Positions 51,248-60,473 of a stretch of DNA of 64,000 bases are shown here, piece after piece. The DNA lies in contig JBFWNW010000002.1 of NCBI GenBank assembly GCA_050250855.1, forward strand, positions 160,001 to 224,000, in the 5' to 3' direction. The DNA is from Candidatus Babeliales bacterium (GTDB taxonomy: Bacteria; Babelota; Babeliae; Babelales; JACPOV01). A program made the position numbers and the translations under genes. The stretch's first letter is position 1; each line of letters opens with the position of its first letter. The notes below the pieces were generated by a model that saw only the letters and a program-made list of their open reading frames with translations, did not search any database and was not told the origin of the DNA.

Positions 51248-51949
51248 ATGATAAATCTTCGTTTAATTCAAGACGTTAATTGGTTGATCGCCGTTTTACT
51301 TGCCTACACTTTTAGCGCTACAACGGCCGGATATTTTCAAGCATGGGCTGCACGTAAACTGGGTGATTCTGCTCCAGAACAAGAAGGATTTTTGACCTGG
51401 TCACCTTTGGTGCACATAGATCCTCTTGGCGCATTCTGTTTATTATTTTTTGGCATAGGGTGGGGCAAATTTATGCCACTCCATCCAGAGCATCTGCGCA
51501 GTAAATTTCGCGTATTGTTGCTATTTTTAGCAAAGCCTGCTGCGTATATGGGTATTGCATTTTTTGCATTACTTTCCTTATTGCGCTTTTTTGGACTCCA
51601 TGCATTATCAGTTGTTTTATATATGATTAGCGCAGAATCAATGTCTCTGCGTCCCTTGGCAGAGTTGTATCCAACACATTCTTCATTTACATTAGCACTA
51701 GCGCTTATTCTTTTTATGTTGGTCTACATAGGGATTCTATTTGCAGTTCTTAATTTAATTATAGGATGTTTGCGTTTTTTAACCTTTACTTCACTCGAGC
51801 GCTATTTTAATCTACAGGAAGGTGATTTTGCTTCCTTACTTCTTTCTTTTTTGTTAATTTTATTATTAGCGCGTCCCTTAAAATTACTGGTTGTTTATAC
51901 AATCTATACACTGGCTTATTATGGAGCCCCTTTTATAGGAGCAATGTAA
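51248..51949 (+). CDS. Site-2 protease (M50)-like membrane protein lacking catalytic motifs
   Basis: A..LGD, P..HIDPLG, GWGK typical of M50, but HExxH and NxxPxxxLDG are absent. Confidence 0.6.
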   Translation: MINLRLIQDVNWLIAVLLAYTFSATTAGYFQAWAARKLGDSAPEQEGFLTWSPLVHIDPLGAFCLLFFGIGWGKFMPLHPEHLRSKFRVLLLFLAKPAAYMGIAFFALLSLLRFFGLHALSVVLYMISAESMSLRPLAELYPTHSSFTLALALILFMLVYIGILFAVLNLIIGCLRFLTFTSLERYFNLQEGDFASLLLSFLLILLLARPLKLLVVYTIYTLAYYGAPFIGAM

Positions 51950-51950
51950 C

Positions 51951-53147
51951 GTGACTGACTATGAAAAGCAGTTTCAAACATTAAAAGCTGGCACTGCGCA
52001 GGTAGTTCCAGAAACTGAATTTTTGAAAAAATTAAAAAAAGGTAAAAAATTACGTATAAAACTTGGCATGGATCCCACAGCGCCAGATTTGCATTTGGGC
52101 CATGCAGTTGTGCTTTCTAAAATGCGTGAGTTTCAAGATTTAGGACATGAAGTAATTTTTTTAATTGGTGATTTTACAGCGCGTATCGGTGACCCAACAG
52201 GAAAATCAAAAACGCGTCCTCCTTTAACCGAAGAAGAAATTGCACGTAATACTGCCACCTATTTTGAACAAGTAAGTCGCATTTTAGATCCTAAAAAAGT
52301 TTCTATTCGCTTTAATGCAGAATGGCTTGATAAACTTTCTGCAAAAGATATTATCAACATAACTTCAAAAATTACGGTAGCGCAGCTTATTGAGCGTGAA
52401 GATTTTGCTAATCGTATCAAAAAGCATGAGCCTATTAGTTTTCATGAACTGTTGTATCCTCTTTGCCAGGCGTATGATTCTGTAGAATTAAAAGCAGATG
52501 TTGAACTTGGTGGTACTGACCAAACATTTAATTTATTAATGGGGCGCGATTTGCAAGAACGCTTTGGGCAAGAGGGGCAAGTTATTATGACGCTGCCAAT
52601 TTTAGAGGGGCTTGATGGCGTACAAAAAATGTCAAAATCATTGGGCAATTATGTTGGTCTTGCAGAACAGGCTTCACAAGCATTTGGTAAATTGATGTCA
52701 ATGCCCGATAGTATAATGTGGCGTTATTTAAAATTGTTACTTGCAATGCCAGATGCAGAAGTTAGCCGCTTGCAAGAGCAAGTTGCTGCTGGTACTACGC
52801 ATCCCATGGCACTCAAAAAGAAAATGGCGCATGATATTATTGCAAAATTTTGGTCACCAGATCAGGCAGTTGAAGCTGAACGCCAATTTGAAGCGGTATT
52901 TCAGCAGCGTGATTATTCAAAAGCAACAGAATTTGTTATGCCGGCAGATTCACCAAACCCGATCTGGATTATTGAGCTTATGAAACTACTCGGCACTATA
53001 GATTCATCTTCACAAGGCCGCCGATTAGTGCAAGAAGGTGCTGTAAAAATTGATGAGAAAAAAGTAGCTGATGTACAAGAAAAAATTCATTGGCGCACTG
53101 GCATGCAGGTAAAGATTGGGAAACATCATATTTTTAAACTGATGTGA
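51951..53147 (+). CDS. tyrS: Tyrosine--tRNA ligase
   Basis: GMDPTAPDLHLGH, GGTDQTFN, KMSKS, S4 tail; GTG start. Confidence 0.97.
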   Translation: MTDYEKQFQTLKAGTAQVVPETEFLKKLKKGKKLRIKLGMDPTAPDLHLGHAVVLSKMREFQDLGHEVIFLIGDFTARIGDPTGKSKTRPPLTEEEIARNTATYFEQVSRILDPKKVSIRFNAEWLDKLSAKDIINITSKITVAQLIEREDFANRIKKHEPISFHELLYPLCQAYDSVELKADVELGGTDQTFNLLMGRDLQERFGQEGQVIMTLPILEGLDGVQKMSKSLGNYVGLAEQASQAFGKLMSMPDSIMWRYLKLLLAMPDAEVSRLQEQVAAGTTHPMALKKKMAHDIIAKFWSPDQAVEAERQFEAVFQQRDYSKATEFVMPADSPNPIWIIELMKLLGTIDSSSQGRRLVQEGAVKIDEKKVADVQEKIHWRTGMQVKIGKHHIFKLM

Positions 53148-53223
53148 TTCTTGCTACTTTTTTTTAATTCATGCTAGGATGACAAAGATAGTTTCACACT
53201 CATAACCCAAAGGAGATAGTGTT

Positions 53224-53946
53224 ATGAAATTTTTCCGTAGTTTATCCTTTATTGCCTTTTTGGCAGTAGCTTGTGTTCATGCAGGAGAAGCACAAAGACT
53301 TTCTGGTGAATTAAAACAATTGGATATGCAACTTGATGGCTTGACCCAGTCTCTTAATAAATTGGGAGAGGTGAAGTCAGAGCCTAAGAAAGCACCAAGA
53401 AATGTTTTTGAGCCTAAGCAACAAGTTATATTAAATGTAGAAAAACTACATTATATAATTTCATCTGAAGCTACTAAGTCATTGCTTGATGTTTTCCGTC
53501 AAGGATTAGCTGTGAATCCAATGCTAGCTTGGACTGATTTAAATAACATTCAAGCATCTGATAATTATGAAAAACCTATTGTTTTGATTCAAGCAATGGG
53601 AGATAAAAATGCATTATTTACACCTGCGCATAGTGGTGGATATTCTGCTATAACAGAAAAAATATTAGATGTTAATCATAAGACAAAAAAACCTATTTTT
53701 ATTATTTTGTCATCTAAAATTCCTGCAATTCAATCTAATGTTGAATGGTTTAAAAAAACACTTGCAGATCAGCTTAACGAACAAGATCATAAGAGCTTTG
53801 TAGCGAATGGAGGCACTATTTACTTCTTTACAACTAATGATGCTTTTTCAGAAATAATTAATTTTATGGATAATAACAGTTTCACAGATTATAATCAAAA
53901 GCAATTTAATGAAATTCATCAGCAGCTTAAATCAGAAGTATTATAA
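53224..53946 (+). CDS. Secreted protein: signal + coiled-coil tag + alpha/beta domain
   Basis: MKFFRSLSF..HAGEAQRLSGELKQLDMQLDGL. Confidence 0.75.
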   Translation: MKFFRSLSFIAFLAVACVHAGEAQRLSGELKQLDMQLDGLTQSLNKLGEVKSEPKKAPRNVFEPKQQVILNVEKLHYIISSEATKSLLDVFRQGLAVNPMLAWTDLNNIQASDNYEKPIVLIQAMGDKNALFTPAHSGGYSAITEKILDVNHKTKKPIFIILSSKIPAIQSNVEWFKKTLADQLNEQDHKSFVANGGTIYFFTTNDAFSEIINFMDNNSFTDYNQKQFNEIHQQLKSEVL

Positions 53947-53970
53947 AATTAAGATCTTTTATTTTATGTC

Positions 53971-54002
53971 AATGGGACCCCTACTAGGTCCCATTTTTTT
54001 TT
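53971..54002 (+). terminator. Rho-independent terminator
   Basis: AATGGGACC-loop-GGTCCCATT followed by a T run. Confidence 0.8.
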
Positions 54003-54151
54003 CTAGATAAAGGTTCTTTTTTCATTTTTTGTATTAAAACTTACCAGAGATTTTTATAGCAGGAATTGATGTGATTCTTGCAACTTTTTTTTAATTCATG
54101 CTAGGATGACAAAAGATAGTTTCACACTCATAACCCAAAGGAGATAGTGTT

Positions 54152-54892
54152 ATGAAATTTTTCCGTAGTTTATCTTTTATTGTTTTTCTGGCAACTGCCT
54201 GCGCTCATGCTGGTGAAGCACAAAGACTTTCTGGTGAATTAAAAAATTTAAATATGCAATTGGATGGCTTGAATGATTCTCTTGGCAAATTAGGTATGAT
54301 GCCAACTAGAACGCCAAAAGAAGAGCCAAAAGAAAAGTCTGCATATGAACGACAAATGGAGCTAGAAAGAGAGAGAGAAGAAAGAGAAAGTAAAAAAGAA
54401 GTGGCAGTTTTGGCTACACAAGCAGATCAACAATCAGCAACCGATATTGTTAAACAATTGCCGGATTTAAAAATTCAATTTAACGCATCTCCTAAATCTG
54501 TAATACCTCCTCATCTTGCTAATAATAAAGATTATGCTTTAGTTTTTTTATTTGATAAAGATGTTCCGTATATTCAAGAAGAAGAACATGAACAACAAAA
54601 AGCAACTATTGCAGCTGTAGTTGAACATTTTAAAAAGAATTATAAAGATTTGATAGAGAAATCTGCAAGTAGTATAACAAATCCTATATATGTTTTCTTT
54701 AGTGACAGAGTTTCTCAGCTCTATTCTTCAAATCTAGAAAGAGCATTGAAGAATGATTTAGAATTAGGAAAAATATTTACTCCAAAAAGACTAGAGCATT
54801 TTCAAATAATTACCCCAGAAGGGGGCAATTATAAGCTTAGTCAAAATGCGGTGCAAACTATATACAGTTTTGTACAGCAGTTTGAAAAATAA
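54152..54892 (+). CDS. Secreted protein: signal + coiled-coil tag + alpha/beta domain
   Basis: First ~48 aa nearly identical to 53224, remainder divergent. Confidence 0.75.
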   Translation: MKFFRSLSFIVFLATACAHAGEAQRLSGELKNLNMQLDGLNDSLGKLGMMPTRTPKEEPKEKSAYERQMELEREREERESKKEVAVLATQADQQSATDIVKQLPDLKIQFNASPKSVIPPHLANNKDYALVFLFDKDVPYIQEEEHEQQKATIAAVVEHFKKNYKDLIEKSASSITNPIYVFFSDRVSQLYSSNLERALKNDLELGKIFTPKRLEHFQIITPEGGNYKLSQNAVQTIYSFVQQFEK

Positions 54893-54956
54893 AATTAATT
54901 TTTATTTTTACTAAAAGGAGCCTATACAGGCCCCTTTTAACCTCTAGGGGAATAGT

Positions 54957-56078
54957 ATGAAAAAACTTCTTCTCTTTTTATCAATAACTTCTCTTTATGC
55001 AGCGGAAATGCCGGATATTTCTGGTTTGCAGCAAGAACTGAATACATTAAATAATGAACTTGGAAATTTATCACAAAAATTGCAAGTAACGCAGCAATCA
55101 CGGTTTGCTCCACCTCCAATAATTCAACCAGCGCCAACTGGTGGTTCTGAAAAACCAGCGCCAAGCGGCCAACCTGGCCCGCAAAGAGGGGGGCAGCAGC
55201 AAGCGATGCCGGTTATTTATAATGATGAGAGTTATTTTAACCAAAAATTTCCTGAGTTAGCACAACAAGTTGGATTGCAAAACTATACAGGCTATAATAT
55301 TACCAATATAGCAAATGTTCCTAATTCAGATAAAGCAATAATACTTATTAATGCACAGAACAATTATGCTGTAGGATCTGCACTTACTAAACAAGTAGTT
55401 GCAGAGATTACGAAAAAAATCAAATATCCTATTGCTATCGGTATTTCAAATCAATCTTTTGACCCAGCTTGGTTATCAGACCGCATAAAAGAAGGAAAAG
55501 TCCTTATCGTTGATACAAACAATTTTAGCCAAGATAATAAAAATGAAATTTCTTATTATGTTCACAAACCATTAGTATCTACAGGCTCAATTCCCGTTTA
55601 TTTTTCGTTTCTTGGAGAGTATGAAGCTATGAAAATATTAAAACAATTAGTGCCGGGTATTGAGAAAAATTTGGGAAATTTTGTTGAAATAGAATCAGGA
55701 ACAAAAGCGCCAGCTGTAAACTTTACTCAAGCACAAAAAGGTATTTATATTGGAAAGATTAGAACTCGCGGCGCTGACCATGCGCTACATACTAATACCC
55801 CAAGCAGATTAAATAACTTTATTAATGCATATCAAACACCAATTGCTATTGTTATATACGCCGGAGCAGGTGAATTTAATGTTGAACTAGGTAATATTAA
55901 AGATATAGCAAAGAAAATATTAGAAGAAGGTCTTAAAGCAAAAGGAATCCTATCTATAACTCAAAATTTCGAAAACTTTCATGGTTTTGCTTTTGAATTA
56001 GACAAGGGCAATGTAGTAACAAGTCCTTCATATGCTAAAACAAGAATTGAAGAGCTCAAAAAACTTTTGGGTAACTAA
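54957..56078 (+). CDS. Secreted protein: signal + coiled-coil tag + P/Q linker + two alpha/beta domains
   Basis: AAEMPDISGLQQELNTLNNELGNLSQKL. Confidence 0.75.
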   Translation: MKKLLLFLSITSLYAAEMPDISGLQQELNTLNNELGNLSQKLQVTQQSRFAPPPIIQPAPTGGSEKPAPSGQPGPQRGGQQQAMPVIYNDESYFNQKFPELAQQVGLQNYTGYNITNIANVPNSDKAIILINAQNNYAVGSALTKQVVAEITKKIKYPIAIGISNQSFDPAWLSDRIKEGKVLIVDTNNFSQDNKNEISYYVHKPLVSTGSIPVYFSFLGEYEAMKILKQLVPGIEKNLGNFVEIESGTKAPAVNFTQAQKGIYIGKIRTRGADHALHTNTPSRLNNFINAYQTPIAIVIYAGAGEFNVELGNIKDIAKKILEEGLKAKGILSITQNFENFHGFAFELDKGNVVTSPSYAKTRIEELKKLLGN

Positions 56079-56138
56079 TTTCTAGAGAGGGATGAAGAAG
56101 CCTTTTTTCATCCCCCCGCCATTTTTTGAAAGGTACGT

Positions 56139-56837
56139 ATGAAAAAACTTTTGCTTTTCTTTTCTCTTTTTTCTTTGCATGCAGCAGAAATGCCGAATAT
56201 TTCTGGTTTGCAGCAAGAGCTGAATACATTAAATAATGAACTTGGAAAATTATCAAAAAAATTAGAGGCAACGCAGCATCCGCAGGTTACTCCGCCGCCA
56301 ACAGGTCACCTAGGTCCTAAAGGAGGTCAGCAGCAAAAAATTCAAGTGCTGTTTCACGGCACCGATATAAATAATGCTCAAACATTTTTTAACCAGTTTG
56401 GCTTGCAGGGTAACTTTGAGTTTCTAAAATTACAAGATAATCTTAATATTATACAACCTGCACAAAAGGGTATTATATTGGTAAATTTTTCGGCAGGAAG
56501 GCAAAGAAATGTATTACCTTTAGAGCAAGATTTAAAAAAGAGTATAGATTTCTTTGATCAGCCTATTATTATTATGGTAAAACCAGGAACTGCTCAAAAT
56601 CTGCAGCCATACGATGGCCCTGTGGCAAAAATTGCACAAGAAAAGATTGCGGATACTGATAGCTCAAAATATTCTGACCAAGAAAATAAAAAAAGAATGG
56701 AAGAGGCATTAAAAAATCCAAAAGTAGCAAATATTAAAGGCTTTGGCTTTTGGTATACTCCTGACTTTACTATAATCAAGCAAGAAGATGATGCATATCA
56801 AAATAAAATCGATCAGCTCAAAAAACTTCTGCAGTAA
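56139..56837 (+). CDS. Secreted protein, paralog of 54957
   Basis: AAEMPNISGLQQELNTLNNELGKLSKKL; shared AQKGI and LKKLL end. Confidence 0.75.
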   Translation: MKKLLLFFSLFSLHAAEMPNISGLQQELNTLNNELGKLSKKLEATQHPQVTPPPTGHLGPKGGQQQKIQVLFHGTDINNAQTFFNQFGLQGNFEFLKLQDNLNIIQPAQKGIILVNFSAGRQRNVLPLEQDLKKSIDFFDQPIIIMVKPGTAQNLQPYDGPVAKIAQEKIADTDSSKYSDQENKKRMEEALKNPKVANIKGFGFWYTPDFTIIKQEDDAYQNKIDQLKKLLQ

Positions 56838-57516
56838 TCTCTGAATGATTTTTTGTAGCCTGCGTTATGTGCAAAAAATTCTCCACCGCATCCATATGTT
56901 TTTTTAATTCTTGCGCATCCGTTTCAAACTCTTTATTGCAATCAAGTACTAAAACAGGAACTTCTTTTAATTCTGGTAAAATTCCCGATTTTTCTATTAA
57001 AAAGCTTTCATGATGCTCATGAATTTGCTGCAAATAGGCAAAGGTAATCTTTTTTTCTGCCAGGCGGTTACGCTTTTTAATGCGCTTGTAAGCAACTTCC
57101 GGGTCTGTCTGTAAATAAATAAATCCCTGCGGCGCTTTGCATTTTTGTGGAATTAAAAAATTGAACCACTGGTTATACAGTTCCCATTCAAGATCACTCA
57201 TAAAACCATGTTTGTAACCATTGAGCGAAAAGCAATAATGCCCAGAATAGATAGAACGTTCAATAACATGGTGAGGATTGGGATGTTCTTGATCTTTTAA
57301 GTGCTCTTTAACGCGGCACATCATGGCAAATGTTTCTAAACTATAAGACCAGCGTTGTGGGTTTTGATAAAAATTAGCAAGCAACGATTGCCCGTATACT
57401 TTTTTCTGCCAATTATGCAGCGGCTCTTGCGCAATATTTACATAAGGAAGATGCTGTGCAATAAGGTTCAAAAATGTTGATTTTCCCGCGCCAATGTTGC
57501 CTTCAAGAATATACAT
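56818..57516 (-). CDS. Deoxynucleoside kinase (dCK/dGK family)
   Basis: EGNIGAGKST, EP...W, ERSIYS, IYLQTDPE...RIKKRNR. Confidence 0.92.
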   Translation of the reverse strand: MYILEGNIGAGKSTFLNLIAQHLPYVNIAQEPLHNWQKKVYGQSLLANFYQNPQRWSYSLETFAMMCRVKEHLKDQEHPNPHHVIERSIYSGHYCFSLNGYKHGFMSDLEWELYNQWFNFLIPQKCKAPQGFIYLQTDPEVAYKRIKKRNRLAEKKITFAYLQQIHEHHESFLIEKSGILPELKEVPVLVLDCNKEFETDAQELKKHMDAVENFLHITQATKNHSEITAEVF

Positions 57517-57587
57517 AAAAATCCCTGGAGTTTAATATTTAAGTGTTTTTAGTATAAGGATTTTTAAAGAATTGTTAATGAAAAATG

Positions 57588-58142
57588 TTACTTTTTTACC
57601 ACCGCAATGCGTTGCTCAATTTTTTTTGGCTCTGCCTTCTGAAAAGTAATAGTTAAGGTATCATGCTCATATTCTGCTTTGATATCCTCAAACTGAATTT
57701 CTGCTGGTAAAGCTTGGCGTACTACTGATGAGCCGTAGCTGTAATAGCTTGCAACCTGTTTTCCATCTTCAGTCTTTTCTTCTTTTTGTTCATGCTTACG
57801 TTCATACGCGATGGTAAAAGGGGTTACTACTATTTCTAAAAAACCATGTGCTCCAGGTACCGTAATACGAACATATTCCTCTTTTTGTTCGAGTACTTTT
57901 TTAATGTCTATTTTTTCATGGTCAATGTCGGGAGCTTTAATACTTAAAGAAAGCGTTGCGTCATCAAGGCGAATGTACGGAGCATTATCTGCTTTTGGTT
58001 GTGTAAAAAGATCTTTCATAAGATCTTCAATTTCATGATGAATGCGCATGCAGCGTGTATTAAAACTATCAAAATCATGAGCACAGGTTACTGATGGTGC
58101 TAAAAAAAGAAAAGCAAATACAGAAAGGCTTTGTTTGAGCAT
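57588..58142 (-). CDS. Hsp20/alpha-crystallin-like protein with signal peptide
   Basis: YGSSVVRQALP...IKAEYEHDTLTITFQK, terminal RIAV motif; SD GGAGG. Confidence 0.7.
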   Translation of the reverse strand: MLKQSLSVFAFLFLAPSVTCAHDFDSFNTRCMRIHHEIEDLMKDLFTQPKADNAPYIRLDDATLSLSIKAPDIDHEKIDIKKVLEQKEEYVRITVPGAHGFLEIVVTPFTIAYERKHEQKEEKTEDGKQVASYYSYGSSVVRQALPAEIQFEDIKAEYEHDTLTITFQKAEPKKIEQRIAVVKK

Positions 58143-58284
58143 AAAAGGCCTCCGGTTTTAGATATATTAGATTAATCGTTTATAGTTCGATTATAGTGAA
58201 AATAGTGCTATATTTCAATAGTTTTTGGTTTCTTATTATTGCATTCTCCTCTATACTATTTGTAAACCTTTAGAGAGGAATAGC

Positions 58285-59022
58285 ATGGCAAAAAAATTAG
58301 ATAAAAATACGGAAGTTATATACGGAGCGCATCCTATTATAGAGTTGCTTAAAGCAAAAAAGCGACGTCTTTTAGAGTTATATACCAGCAAGCCGGTTCC
58401 AAAAGCTTTTAAAAAAATTGAATCTTTGTTGCCAAAAGGGTTGCCAGTTTCTTATGTTAATCGAGATAGATTAACTGCTTTGGCTGGTACTACAGAGCAT
58501 CAAGGTGTCGTTGGTCTAACAACGCCTTGCATTATAAGAAAAAAATTTTTTGAACCAGACAAGCAACCGTTTTTACTTATGCTTGATGGTATTCAAGATC
58601 CTCGTAATCTTGGTGGCATTTTGCGTTCTGCCTATTGCACGGGTGTTGATGGTGTTATTATTACGCAAAAAGCAAGTGCACCACTTAATGCAGCAGCATT
58701 TAAAGCTTCAGCTGGGTTAGCTGAGTATTTAGATATTTATTATGCGCCTTCGGCAAAAGCTGCGGTGTTGCAGTTAAAGCAAGTCGGTTATGCAATATAT
58801 CTTTCCATGCTTTCTGATAAAGCAAAAACTGTTACCGATGTTACTTTTAAACAACCACTTTGTATTGTTATTGGTAGCGAAGAAATGGGAATTTCTTCTG
58901 ATATTAAAGCAGATGGCCAGGCAATTATTGTACCGCAAAAAAAGGCGGATATTTCTTATAATGCTTCGGTTGCTTCTGGTATTTTGTTGTTTTTAGCTGC
59001 TACGCAGTTGGAGCGGATATAG
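58285..59022 (+). CDS. SpoU/TrmH-family RNA methyltransferase (RlmB-like)
   Basis: IYGAH, HQGV, DGIQDPRNLGGILRSA, GSEEMG, SYNASVA. Confidence 0.88.
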   Translation: MAKKLDKNTEVIYGAHPIIELLKAKKRRLLELYTSKPVPKAFKKIESLLPKGLPVSYVNRDRLTALAGTTEHQGVVGLTTPCIIRKKFFEPDKQPFLLMLDGIQDPRNLGGILRSAYCTGVDGVIITQKASAPLNAAAFKASAGLAEYLDIYYAPSAKAAVLQLKQVGYAIYLSMLSDKAKTVTDVTFKQPLCIVIGSEEMGISSDIKADGQAIIVPQKKADISYNASVASGILLFLAATQLERI

Positions 59023-59093
59023 GTATATATTGATTTATTTTTAGATATATTTTTGAGTTTCACGGTTTTTATGCGGGCCATTTTTTTTGTTAA

Positions 59094-59600
59094 TTTTGTT
59101 TATTATATTTTTTTAAGTATTTAATTATCTCATGGCCCTTACCCAGGGCGGGGCCAGCCCCTTTTGCTTGTACAAAAGGGCTGGACAAAAATACACCAAC
59201 ATGCTGTTGGATCCGCTTGCTCGCTCAGACATCAACCACTCATCCTTCGGCTTCAGGTCGATGATTCGCTACCGGAGTGAATGTATAAAAAATAGTTTAA
59301 TGCACCTTGACCCTTCGATACAATTTCGATTTCATCGAAATCACTCCCTTCGACAAGCTCAGGACAGGCAGGGTGAGCGCACAGAACTATACTTAGTATC
59401 AAAAATAAGAAATTTACATAAATGAATTCATTATAACGCGCTCATCTTGAGTGTTTTTCCGTTAGGAAAAATGTATCAGCCTGCCCGGCGAAGCTTTTTA
59501 GTCCGAAGAAGTTTTTAACGAAGGCGGATTATGCGAAGCCTGGGAAAGATAAAGCGCTTGAAAAGAGGCTGGTCCCGTCCCGGAGAGGGACTGGTAAGAT
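59094..59600. mobile_element. Composite non-autonomous (MITE/REPIN-like) element, copy 2
   Basis: Core shared with the 44 kb copy; right end 59567-59593 is the exact reverse complement of 44270-44296. Confidence 0.7.
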
Positions 59601-59765
59601 ATACAAAAAACAAAATGATTATTAAATTCCCTTAAAACCAAATTTACCTTAAAAAATGAACACAACTTCTGAGCTTTCTTTAATATTATTGACTCCTTAA
59701 GCACAAAACTGTTATGAACATGGTAGCAGACTATAAAAAGAGGGGCTTTAAAAAAGGGATAGTCA

Positions 59766-60473
59766 ATGAAGCGCATACGCAGTTGCATAGCGCCAGCTAT
59801 TATTATCTGTTCATCATTACTGTTGCTACGCTCGGGATATCAGTATATACAAGCGCCGGGAGAGGTATATATTTCTTTTGATACTGTTCTTTCTTGCAAA
59901 GCTGCTCAAGAATTTTCTGATTATTGTACTGCTACTTTTCCTACGGTTGATCGTGCTACGTTTTGTAAAGTGGCACAAGAACATTTTCCTTATATAAAAG
60001 ATATAGAAGTGCACCATCGTATGCTGGGCAAAGATAGACTAAAGGTGGCAGCTTATTATCCATGCTATCGCATTAATGAGCAAAAAATTCTTTTAGAATC
60101 AGGATCTTTTATTGATCAAGATTATTTTAATACAGAATGTAGAGAGGATTTATTTCATCTTTCTTGTACGCAGGACATTGTATTTTCATCCTCGGCAAGG
60201 AATTGGTTGCAAGAATATGAAGATATTATTTTTGACTCTTTTTATGTAGCATTTAAAAATCCAACAGAGATTATATTAACAGATAAAAAAGATAGTTCTT
60301 TTAAAGTTGTTTGTTCAGAAAAAACAAGAATAGAACAAAAAGCTCTGGATTCGTATGCACAGATAAAAGAAATGATGAAGCGTTCTGGGCGTTTAAAAAA
60401 AGGGATATATTGCAAAGCAGATTTTCGCTTTAAAAATCAGATAATCGTGTCTTGCAAAAAGGGGGAGTCATGA
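59766..60473 (+). CDS. Divergent FtsQ/DivIB-like cell division protein
   Basis: N-terminal TM, P.IKDIEV POTRA-like segment, DFRFKNQIIV end; coupled to ftsA. Confidence 0.65.
   Translation: MKRIRSCIAPAIIICSSLLLLRSGYQYIQAPGEVYISFDTVLSCKAAQEFSDYCTATFPTVDRATFCKVAQEHFPYIKDIEVHHRMLGKDRLKVAAYYPCYRINEQKILLESGSFIDQDYFNTECREDLFHLSCTQDIVFSSSARNWLQEYEDIIFDSFYVAFKNPTEIILTDKKDSSFKVVCSEKTRIEQKALDSYAQIKEMMKRSGRLKKGIYCKADFRFKNQIIVSCKKGES

Larger units (their letters stand above)
53140..54290 (+). repeat. Duplicated promoter/leader/signal-peptide module (about 53140-53362 and 54067-54290)
   Basis: TGATGTGATTCTTGC...TGCTAGGAT...CTCATAACCCAAAGGAGATAGTGTTATGAAATTTTTCCGTAG repeated at about 928 bp offset. Confidence 0.9.

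Noticed and set aside
59132..59788. ORFs 59132..59425 and 59498..59788
   Set aside because: Translations of repeat DNA; similarity to the 44 kb ORF reflects the DNA repeat, not a protein family
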